A stretch of DNA of 64,000 nucleotides from IMG/VR virus record IMGVR_UViG_3300045912_000789, positions 32,001 to 96,000 of that record. One strand, written 5' to 3'. A model generated the notes under the pieces. That model ran no database searches and was not told the DNA's origin. It saw only the letters and a list, made by a program, of their open reading frames with translations. A program made the translations under genes and the position numbers. Positions 55,831-63,965 of the stretch are shown one piece after another. Each line of letters opens with the position of its first letter. Position 1 is the stretch's first letter. The stretch comes from a virus.

Positions 55831-57032
55831 GACGTGGTTCCTTGGTCTGTGGCAGCCGAGATCTTGCTGCCCGGGACGGCCTTCTGCTTCCCGTCGGAGG
55901 TCAGCGTGTACTCGGCGAGCATCTCGTCTCCCGTCTCGGGGAAGTGGCTCGCGATGTTCACGCGGACCTTGTGCTTGAGCTGCACGATCAGCGCGACGCG
56001 CATCTCGCCGTCGAGAGCAGGGACCCACTTCTTCAAGCCCACGTGCTTCTTCTCGACGCCCTTCACGTTGAGGTACTGGGCGACGGCGAAGACCGAAGCG
56101 TACTGCTGCATCCGGCGAGCAGCGGCGTCGCCGGAGAGCTGAAGGTTCCCGCGGTGTAGGATCTCCTGGACGTCGACCTTCTGGATGATCTCGTACCAAG
56201 CCCAGAAGTCGTTCGCGACGTGGTCGCCGACCTTGCGCGCGACGATGCCCTTCCAGTTCTCCTTCGCTCCGTTCTGGAACACGTCCTCCACCGGGTTGAA
56301 GTACTCGAAGAGCTGCTGCGAGGCCTCCCACCACCCGCGCGGGGTGGGGAACCGCGCCACGCCTTCCTTCCACTCGTGGAGGTGGGCCGGCTTGAACTGG
56401 AGGTAGCCGATCACGGCTTCGTGGATCTCGCCGCTGTCGCGGCCGTACTCGGTGAAGCTGAGGATGTCCGGTGCCATCTCGATGATGGTCATGCGGGTCC
56501 GCAGCGACTCCGAGATCTCGTTCGCGTAGATGTCGTCGTCGAGCCTGTTCCCGGCGCCCATGATGAGGGTGCCGGGGTGCAGGTCCTTGTCGCGGAACTT
56601 GCGGTTCGCGGTGACGCCGAGCAGGGCGCCCTGCACGACCGGCGGAGCCTTGTCGAGGTCGTCGAAGAAGAGGAAGCCCGGCTGGATGCACGCCATGGCG
56701 GCGTAGCGGTTCAGCACCCACTCCATGTACGCGCCCCGCGCGCCGGCCTTCTCCGACTCGGTGCCGTTCTGCATCAGCCACCGGATCATGCCGGGAACGG
56801 GCACCCCCGACACGTCCGTGGCGTCGCTGTTCTCGCCGCAGTTGATCGCGAGGAGCGTGAGCGAGTAGTGCTCACAGGCGCGACGAGCGATGGCGGTCTT
56901 GCCGCCGCCCACCGGCCCGAGGAGCAGCGGGTTGTTGAGCGGGTGTTCGACGCCCTTCTGGATCAGCTTCGTCTGCATCTCCAGCTCGCGGCGTACCAAG
57001 ATCTCGGCCGGCTTGAACCCGTACGTCGTCAT
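55827..57032 (-). CDS. MoxR-like AAA+ ATPase
   Basis: Walker A GPVGGGKT, Walker B FLFFDDLDK, GAGNR, arginine finger ESLRTR, FPTPRGW. Confidence 0.85.
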   Translation of the reverse strand: MTTYGFKPAEILVRRELEMQTKLIQKGVEHPLNNPLLLGPVGGGKTAIARRACEHYSLTLLAINCGENSDATDVSGVPVPGMIRWLMQNGTESEKAGARGAYMEWVLNRYAAMACIQPGFLFFDDLDKAPPVVQGALLGVTANRKFRDKDLHPGTLIMGAGNRLDDDIYANEISESLRTRMTIIEMAPDILSFTEYGRDSGEIHEAVIGYLQFKPAHLHEWKEGVARFPTPRGWWEASQQLFEYFNPVEDVFQNGAKENWKGIVARKVGDHVANDFWAWYEIIQKVDVQEILHRGNLQLSGDAAARRMQQYASVFAVAQYLNVKGVEKKHVGLKKWVPALDGEMRVALIVQLKHKVRVNIASHFPETGDEMLAEYTLTSDGKQKAVPGSKISAATDQGTTS

Positions 57033-57412
57033 TCGTCCTCCTCGTCTTCCTCTTCTTCGTCTTCGTCTTCGTCGTCTTCGGCTTCCTCGGCGTACATCGC
57101 CTGTTCGACGAGATCCGTGTAGCACTGCTCGTGCGCGTACTTCGTGACTGTCTCGTCCGTGACGAAGCCGAGCTGGTTGTTCGGCAGCTTCACGATCTGG
57201 AGCTTGGCGTCCGGGTCCGGCACGAACATCGGGACGTCGAACTCTCGGCTCGGGAAGATCATCCCCGGGATCATCATGATGACGGGGGTGCCCACCCCGA
57301 CGTTCTCTTCCCCGCAGAGATCGCACGGGGCGGTGATGTCGTCGAAGCCCTCGAAGTTGTTCGGGGGCTCCGCTTCGGCTTCCATCTGCTCTCTGCTGAT
57401 CTTGTCCTTCAT
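57029..57412 (-). CDS. Acidic hypothetical protein with CxxC...HxxC (127 aa)
   Basis: CDLC...HEQC; poly-D/E tail; ATGA coupling. Confidence 0.65.
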   Translation of the reverse strand: MKDKISREQMEAEAEPPNNFEGFDDITAPCDLCGEENVGVGTPVIMMIPGMIFPSREFDVPMFVPDPDAKLQIVKLPNNQLGFVTDETVTKYAHEQCYTDLVEQAMYAEEAEDDEDEDEEEEDEEDE

Positions 57413-57520
57413 TCAGCCTCCGATGAGCCATCTCCAGAACGGGCTGTTTGTCACGGCGTCGACCACACCGAGGGCGAAGCCAGCGGCGAACGACCAGAAC
57501 ACGACCGAGAAGAGGCTCAC
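57413..57520 (-). CDS. Small membrane peptide (35 aa)
   Basis: Not in the ORF track. MSLFSVVFWSFAAGFALGVVDAVTNSPFWRWLIGG; GTGA coupling upstream and stop abutting the next ATG. Confidence 0.55.
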   Translation of the reverse strand: MSLFSVVFWSFAAGFALGVVDAVTNSPFWRWLIGG

Positions 57521-57657
57521 CCGGGTTCCTCCGAGAGGCCCTCGATGGACTTCTCCAGCGCCTCGTTCAGGTCGTTCTCGAACCTGGTCAGGCTGTCGTC
57601 GTGCTCGTACTGGTCCTGGTCTTCGGCTTCCTTCGTCTGTTCGTTGGGATCGTGCAT
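57517..57657 (-). CDS. Small acidic protein (46 aa)
   Basis: SD GGAGG and class B motif upstream of ATG 57657. Confidence 0.55.
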   Translation of the reverse strand: MHDPNEQTKEAEDQDQYEHDDSLTRFENDLNEALEKSIEGLSEEPG

Positions 57658-57673
57658 CTGGTCCTCCACGCCT

Positions 57674-57682
57674 GCTGATAGC
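57674..57682 (-). promoter_or_regulatory. Class B motif GCTATCAGC(AGG)
   Basis: Shares CTATCAGCAGG with the sites at 5920 and 46590. Confidence 0.65.
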
Positions 57683-57698
57683 TGCGAGGACGCTCGCG

Positions 57699-57728
57699 TT
57701 GACCCATATTCGAGGGCGCGGGTAGACT
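57699..57728 (+). promoter_or_regulatory. Class A promoter TTGACC-N18-TAGACT, leaderless, driving the RNAP gene
   Basis: Same geometry as 46596..46625; -10 box 6 nt before GTG 57735. Confidence 0.7.
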
Positions 57729-57734
57729 GCGTGG

Positions 57735-60700
57735 GTGCTGACATCGGACCCCCACCACCAGTTCGAGGAACTGAAGGATCAGCTCCTTCAGCAGATCGGC
57801 CAGACTTTCCCGGTGAAGGACCGGTCGGGTCGGTTCGAGGTGCGCGTGAGCGACCTCAAGATCGAGGATCGTCTCGGGGTCGACGACATCAAGGACCAGT
57901 TCAAGGCGAAGATGGAGGGCCGGTCGTGGGCCGCTCCCGTCGTCGGAACGATCGAGATCGTCGACACCACGTCGGGGAAGACGCTGGTCAGCAAGAAGAA
58001 CTCGCCGGTCGCCAAGATCCCGAAGCTGACGCGTCACTACAGCTACATCATCGGCGGGTCGGAGAAGTTCATCGCGAACCAGTGGCGCCTGCGTCCGGGC
58101 GTCTACGTGAAGGCGACCGAGAAGCCCGGCGAGTTCGAGGCGCAGTTCCAGCTCGCCAAGGGCCGCAGCTTCGATCTCCAGACCGGTGACAGTGGCGAGA
58201 TCTACATGAAGCTGGGGTCGCGGAAGATCCCGCTCTACAGCGTTCTGAACGCCATGGGCGTCGACGACGAGGCGATGAAGAAGGCGTGGGGTGCCGACGC
58301 CTACGAGGCATCGCGCAAGAAGGCCAACGTCGCGCGCGACCTCAAGTCGCTCTACGAGACCTGGCGCAAGGAACCGCTCGGGGAGAAGGCCGATCCGGTC
58401 CTGGAGACGAAGGCCATCTTCGAGGGCACCCGCATCGATCCGGTCGTGGCGCACGCCAACGTCGGTGTGAAGTCCGAGCGGGTCGACAGTAGCGTGCTCT
58501 TCGAGGCCTCGAAGAAGCTGCTGGACGTCGCCGCCAAGCGGAAGGATCCGGACCCCATCGACAGCCTCCGATACAAGGAGCTGTGGACCGCGAAGGACCA
58601 GTTCGTCGATCGGATCGCCAAGGCCGCACCCGACATCGAGTCTCGGATCCAGCGCGCGCTGGGGAAGCCCACGGTTCAGCGTCGTCTGGCGTCGGGCGAC
58701 CACAGCGTCCTGCGCGACGTGTTCATGCCCGACCTCATCCAGCGCCCGCTCTACCACGTCTTCACGACGTCCCTGGCGGCGAACGGGAAGCAGACGAACC
58801 CCGTCTCGATGCTCTCGGACCGGTCCATGGTGACGATCACGGGACCGGGCGGCATCCAGAACCCGCACGCGCTGTCGAAGAGCAACACGTCGCTCGACCC
58901 GTCGCACCTCGGCTTCCTCGACCCGGTGTTCACGCCCGAGTCGAACGCCGGCGTGAACACGCACCTCACCTTCGGTGTGTCGATCAAGGATCGGAAGCCG
59001 TACGTCCGGCTCTACAACACGAAGACCGGGAAGATGGAGGACGTCGACGCCGCGACCGCGGCAGTCTCGAACGTTGTCCTCCCCGACCAGGTGCGGTGGG
59101 AGAAGGGCACGCCGAAGCCCCTCAGCAAGACGGTCCGGATGTCGGACTCCCGCGGCCACATGCGCGACGACATCGCGTTCTCCTCGGCCGACTACGTGAT
59201 GCCGAGCGCGGCGCAGGTCTTCGCCGTCGAGACGAACCTCGTGCCGTTCATGCAGAACGACAGCGCCGGACGCTCGACGATGTCGGCTCGGCACATGGCC
59301 CAGGCCATCTCGGTGGTCGGCCGTGAGCCGCCCAAGGTGCAGGTCGAGGCCGGCGCCGGGAAGTCGTTCGAGGCGATCATGGGCTCCGGGTTCCTCGCGC
59401 ACCGCGCCAAGGCGGACGGTGTGGTGAAGGAGATCAAGAAGGACGAGATCGTCATCCAGGGCAAGGACGGGACGCATTCGGTTCACCTCTATCACCACTA
59501 CCCAACGAACGATCCGAAGGGCCAGCTTCACAGCTCGCCGCTGGTGAAGCCGGGGGACCGCGTCCGAGCCGGGCAGATCGTCGCGGACAACAACTACACG
59601 AAGAACGGCACGCTCGCGCTGGGCGCGAACCTGCGCGTGGCGTACCTGGCCAACGGCTCGAACCACGAGGACGGCATCGTCATCTCGCGAAGCGCCGCCG
59701 ACCGCTTGGCGTCCGAGCACCTCTACAAGCCCAGCATGCTCCTCTCCGACACCCACGTGCTCGGGAAGAAGGAGTTCCTGATCGGCAAGCCGGGGGTCTA
59801 CTCGAAGGATCGCATCGACAAGATCGGTGACGACGGCATCGTCAAGCCCGGTACGAAGGTGAAGCCGGGCGACCCGCTCGTGCTGGCGCTCGGCGAGGTC
59901 ATGCTGCCCGGGACCGCCGACATCAACGCGAAGTACAAGATCGGCAAGCGCCTCCGCAACAAGTACCAGAACAGCTCGATGGTCTGGGACGGCGACTACG
60001 AGGCCGAGGTCGTGCGTGCGGAGCGCGTCGGCAAGAACGTCGTCGTCCACCTCAAGACCCTGGAGCCGGCGCAGATCGGCTCGAAGATCTCCACGCGCCA
60101 CAGTGCGAAGGGCATCGTCACGGAGATCATCGACGACAAGGACATGCCCCACGACGAGAAGGGCAAGCCCGTGGAGATGCTGATCAACCCGGTCAGCGTG
60201 CCCGGACGCATGAACCCCGGCCAGCTCCTGGAGACGGCCGCGGGGAAGATCGCGGACAAGACGGGACGCCCGTACTTCGTCCGCAACTTCCAGGGAGGCA
60301 CCGACTACCTCAAGAAGATCCAGGACGAGCTGAAGCAGCACGGACTGAAGGACACCGAGACGCTCTACGACCCGAAGACGGGCCGGAAGCTCGGCGACGT
60401 GATGGTCGGTCCGCACTACGCCTTCCAGCTCGAACACCAGATCGACAAGAAGACGCACGTGCGCGCCGGCGGCTACGGCAGCGAGCTGCTCCAGTTCGAC
60501 GCGCCGAAGATCCACTACGACAACGACACGCGTGTCCCTCGCGGTGGCGGCCACACCGGCGCGCAGAGCCTCGGCAGCCTTGGCATCTACGCCGCGCTGG
60601 CCGCCGGCCTGAAGGACAACCTGCGCGAGATGCAGACGCTGAAGTCGGACCAGCCGCAGGCCCGTGAGGTCTGGGGCGCGCTGGCGAACGGTGAGCGCAT

Positions 60701-63700
60701 CCCGGCACCGAAGATCCCGTTCGTCTTCAAGAAGTTCGAGTCGATGCTCACGGGCCTCGGCGTGAACGTCGAGAAGTCGGGCGCTGAGATCCGCCTGATG
60801 CCGCGCAGCGACGCCGAGACGCGAGCCATGAGCCGTGGCGAGATCACGCGCCCCACCCGTAGCATCCGCGGCAAGGACGACAAGCCGGAGCAGGGCGGGC
60901 TCTTCGACCCGAACATCACCGGCGGTCCTGCGGGCCAGCACTGGGGCCACGTCGAGCTGGTCGAGCCGATGCCGAACCCGGTGTACGCCCGGGCCATCGC
61001 GCACACGCTCGGCATCAAGGAGACCGACATCCCCAAGATCATCGAGGGGAAGGCGAAGCTGCCGAACGGAGAGATCGGCGGCAAGGCGTTCCGCGACGCT
61101 CTGAAGTCGATCGACATCGACAAGGAGATGAAGGCGACGGCCGCGGCGCTGAAGGATCCCAAGGTGAAGGGCGCGCAGCTCGACAAGCTGCACTTCAAGT
61201 ACCGCGCGCTGAAGACCGTGAAGGACGCCGGCAAGCGGCTCGACGAGGCCTGGACCATCAAGGCCGTGCCGGTGCTGCCGCCCGTGTTCCGCCCGCAGGC
61301 CACGCTGCCGGACGGGACGATCAAGAACAACCCCCTCAACGCGCTCTACAAGCGTCTCGGCATGGTGAACGAGTCGCTCAAGAAGGGCGAGGGCAAGGTT
61401 CCCTACAACAACACGCTCGATGCGCGCGCCGGTCTCTACCAGGAGCTGTCGAACCTCTTCGGCACCACGCCGAAGGGGAAGAAGGCGCTCGACCTCGACA
61501 TGCGCGGCACGAAGGAAGATCCCGACAAGACGCTGCCCGGCATCATCCACATGATCTCGGGTGACCAGCCGAAGGACGGGTTCTTCCAGGACAAGATGAT
61601 CGCGAAGAAGCAGGACTACACGTCCCGTGCGACCATCGTCGTGGACCCGAACCTGTCGGTGGACGAGATTGGTCTGCCGAAGAAGATTGCCATCGAGCTG
61701 ATGCGCCCGATGGTGGCGCGCCGCCTCGTCCAGGCCCGCATCCGGCCGGACGAGGCGCAGAAGATGATCAGCCGCAAGGACCCCATCGCCATCAAGGCTC
61801 TGGAGCAGGAGGTCCAGCACCGTCCCGTCCTGATGAAGCGCGACCCCGTGCTGCACCAGTACGGTCTCGTCGCCCAGCGGGCGAAGCTCACCGACGACCC
61901 GGCGATCAAGGTGAGCCCGCTCATCCTGCCGCCGCTCGGCGGCGACATCGACGGCGACACCGTGGCGCTGATGGTCCCCCTCACCCAGGAGGCGATCGAA
62001 GAGGCGAAGCGCATCATGCCGTCGCAGCGCACGCTCAGCGACAGCTCGGGCGACGTGCTGTTCTCGCCGGCGAACGAGTCGGCCCTCAGCCTCTACCGCA
62101 TGTCGATCCCCCGCGGGAAGCACCAGGGGGCGCTGAAGGACAAGGACGAGGCGGAGGCGCTGTTCCGCTCGAACCGCATCCACCTCAACCAGCAGATCCA
62201 CGTGAAGGGCGTGGGCGACACCACGCTCGGACGGCTCCGCATCGCCGAAGTCCTGCCGGAGAAGTTCCGCCCCGACGTCCTCACCAAGCTCGACAAGCCG
62301 TTCGATCGCAAGGTCCAGGAAAGCATCCTGAAGGACGTCGCGAAGAACATGCCGAAGCACTTCGTCGAGACCGTCGACGGGATGAGCCGGCTGGGCTTCA
62401 AGATGGCCTACGAGTCGGGCCACACCGTCGGGCTGAAGGACATCGAGCCGCTGCGTGAGCACCGCGACAAGATCATCGCCGACGCCACCAAGGAGGTCGC
62501 GGCGATGAAGGCGCGCGGCGCGGACGCCGCAGAGACGACCGAGGCCTGGCTCCGGGCGACCCGGAAGATCCACGACGTCTACAACGACGTGCTCAAGGGC
62601 AAGCCCACGAACGTCTCGGACATGGCACCGGCGCCGCTGGGCTCCGGCATCAAGGCGAAGCGCGAGCAGTTCCAGGGGCTCATCATGGCCCCCATGCTGG
62701 TCGAGGATCACCTCGGCACCCCCTCGAAGGTGCCGATCACGAAGAGCTTCGCCGAGGGCATCGACCTCGGCGGCTACTTCCTCCAGGCCGCCGGCGCGCG
62801 TCGCGGCGTCATCCAGAAGACCGACTCGGTGCGCGAGCCCGGCTACATGAGCAAGCTGCTCGTGCAGGCGAACATCGACCAGCCGATCACCTCGGCCGAC
62901 TGCGGAACGACCCACGGGATGTCGATGCCGGTGACCCACAAGGACATCGTGGATCGGCACCTCGCCAGCGACGTGAAGATCGGCGACCACCTGTTCAAGG
63001 CCGGCACGGTCGTCACTCCAGACGTGCTGTCGAAGGCCAAGGAGAAGGGTGTCGATCAGCTCGTCGTCCACAGTCCGCTGAAGTGCCGGATGCCGCAGGG
63101 CGTCTGCTCGAAGTGCATGGGCGTGCACCCCAGCGGCAAGGAGTATCACCTCGGTGAGAACGTCGGCATCGTGGCGGCCCAGGCGCTCGGTGAGCGAGCG
63201 GCGCAGCTCATGCTGAAGCAAACGCACGGCGGCGGTATCGTGTCCACGGCCGGCCACAGCGTCTCGGAGTTCAGCGACGTGCAGCGTCTCTTCGACGCCG
63301 CGAAGCGGGGGCGCGAGGACGCAGCCCTGGCTCCCAACAACGGCAAGATCGTCGGTGTCCACCAGAGCAAGGCGGGCGACTGGGTCATCCAGTTCGAGCG
63401 CGGCAAGGTGAAGACCCGGCAGAAGCCGCTCCCGCACGTGAAGCCGGGCACCGAGGTGAAGCGCGGCGACACGCTCACCGCAGGCGACCCGAACATCCAC
63501 GATCTCCTGGCGACGAAGGGTCTCGACGCCGTCCAGGCTCACATGGTCGACAAGATCGGTACCATCTACGGCCGTGAGGGTGTGCTTCGTCGTCACGTCG
63601 AGCTGGCGGTTCGGAACGCCACGGGCGTCGTGCGGGTCACCGATCCCGGAGACCACGACGGCTACGTCCGTGGCGACTACGTCCAGAAGTCGGTGCTCGA

Positions 63701-63965
63701 CGAGATCAACCGCGGCGTCCTCAAGGGCAAGGAGGCGGTGAAGTACCAGCCGATGCTGCTGCCCACGAAGATGATCCCGCTGCGCCGGCAGGAGGACTGG
63801 ATCGCGCGCCTTCAGGGCGAGCGCATCGGCCAGAGCGTCCTGCGCGGCATCCAGCACGGCCACAAGTCGGACGTGACCGGACGACACCCCATCCCCGCTC
63901 TCGCCGTCGGTGTGACGGTCGGCGCGCCCGCCGACGCTCGCCCGTTCGGCACCGCTGCACGCTGA
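57735..63965 (+). CDS. rpoBC: Single-chain fused beta-beta' DNA-directed RNA polymerase (2076 aa)
   Basis: Beta motifs GPGGI, DPSHLGFLDPVFTPE, LVPFMQND, NHEDGIVIS, GSKISTRHSAKG, INPVSVPGRMNPGQ, LREMQTLKSD; then in frame beta' motifs PVLPPVFRP, KQDYTSRATI, KRDPVLH, catalytic DIDGD, bridge helix GARRG...GYMSKLLV, trigger loop AQALGE..QLMLKQTH. Confidence 0.95.
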   Translation: MLTSDPHHQFEELKDQLLQQIGQTFPVKDRSGRFEVRVSDLKIEDRLGVDDIKDQFKAKMEGRSWAAPVVGTIEIVDTTSGKTLVSKKNSPVAKIPKLTRHYSYIIGGSEKFIANQWRLRPGVYVKATEKPGEFEAQFQLAKGRSFDLQTGDSGEIYMKLGSRKIPLYSVLNAMGVDDEAMKKAWGADAYEASRKKANVARDLKSLYETWRKEPLGEKADPVLETKAIFEGTRIDPVVAHANVGVKSERVDSSVLFEASKKLLDVAAKRKDPDPIDSLRYKELWTAKDQFVDRIAKAAPDIESRIQRALGKPTVQRRLASGDHSVLRDVFMPDLIQRPLYHVFTTSLAANGKQTNPVSMLSDRSMVTITGPGGIQNPHALSKSNTSLDPSHLGFLDPVFTPESNAGVNTHLTFGVSIKDRKPYVRLYNTKTGKMEDVDAATAAVSNVVLPDQVRWEKGTPKPLSKTVRMSDSRGHMRDDIAFSSADYVMPSAAQVFAVETNLVPFMQNDSAGRSTMSARHMAQAISVVGREPPKVQVEAGAGKSFEAIMGSGFLAHRAKADGVVKEIKKDEIVIQGKDGTHSVHLYHHYPTNDPKGQLHSSPLVKPGDRVRAGQIVADNNYTKNGTLALGANLRVAYLANGSNHEDGIVISRSAADRLASEHLYKPSMLLSDTHVLGKKEFLIGKPGVYSKDRIDKIGDDGIVKPGTKVKPGDPLVLALGEVMLPGTADINAKYKIGKRLRNKYQNSSMVWDGDYEAEVVRAERVGKNVVVHLKTLEPAQIGSKISTRHSAKGIVTEIIDDKDMPHDEKGKPVEMLINPVSVPGRMNPGQLLETAAGKIADKTGRPYFVRNFQGGTDYLKKIQDELKQHGLKDTETLYDPKTGRKLGDVMVGPHYAFQLEHQIDKKTHVRAGGYGSELLQFDAPKIHYDNDTRVPRGGGHTGAQSLGSLGIYAALAAGLKDNLREMQTLKSDQPQAREVWGALANGERIPAPKIPFVFKKFESMLTGLGVNVEKSGAEIRLMPRSDAETRAMSRGEITRPTRSIRGKDDKPEQGGLFDPNITGGPAGQHWGHVELVEPMPNPVYARAIAHTLGIKETDIPKIIEGKAKLPNGEIGGKAFRDALKSIDIDKEMKATAAALKDPKVKGAQLDKLHFKYRALKTVKDAGKRLDEAWTIKAVPVLPPVFRPQATLPDGTIKNNPLNALYKRLGMVNESLKKGEGKVPYNNTLDARAGLYQELSNLFGTTPKGKKALDLDMRGTKEDPDKTLPGIIHMISGDQPKDGFFQDKMIAKKQDYTSRATIVVDPNLSVDEIGLPKKIAIELMRPMVARRLVQARIRPDEAQKMISRKDPIAIKALEQEVQHRPVLMKRDPVLHQYGLVAQRAKLTDDPAIKVSPLILPPLGGDIDGDTVALMVPLTQEAIEEAKRIMPSQRTLSDSSGDVLFSPANESALSLYRMSIPRGKHQGALKDKDEAEALFRSNRIHLNQQIHVKGVGDTTLGRLRIAEVLPEKFRPDVLTKLDKPFDRKVQESILKDVAKNMPKHFVETVDGMSRLGFKMAYESGHTVGLKDIEPLREHRDKIIADATKEVAAMKARGADAAETTEAWLRATRKIHDVYNDVLKGKPTNVSDMAPAPLGSGIKAKREQFQGLIMAPMLVEDHLGTPSKVPITKSFAEGIDLGGYFLQAAGARRGVIQKTDSVREPGYMSKLLVQANIDQPITSADCGTTHGMSMPVTHKDIVDRHLASDVKIGDHLFKAGTVVTPDVLSKAKEKGVDQLVVHSPLKCRMPQGVCSKCMGVHPSGKEYHLGENVGIVAAQALGERAAQLMLKQTHGGGIVSTAGHSVSEFSDVQRLFDAAKRGREDAALAPNNGKIVGVHQSKAGDWVIQFERGKVKTRQKPLPHVKPGTEVKRGDTLTAGDPNIHDLLATKGLDAVQAHMVDKIGTIYGREGVLRRHVELAVRNATGVVRVTDPGDHDGYVRGDYVQKSVLDEINRGVLKGKEAVKYQPMLLPTKMIPLRRQEDWIARLQGERIGQSVLRGIQHGHKSDVTGRHPIPALAVGVTVGAPADARPFGTAAR

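Noticed and set aside
57029-57095. Trinucleotide-like TCTTCG/TCC repeat
   Set aside because: It simply encodes the poly-Asp/Glu tail of the 127-aa protein.
57735-63965. Interpreting the window as a bacterial chromosome rpoBC locus
   Set aside because: No ribosomal protein or other housekeeping neighbours; the context is portal, baseplate and phage replication genes; the catalytic motif is non-cellular.
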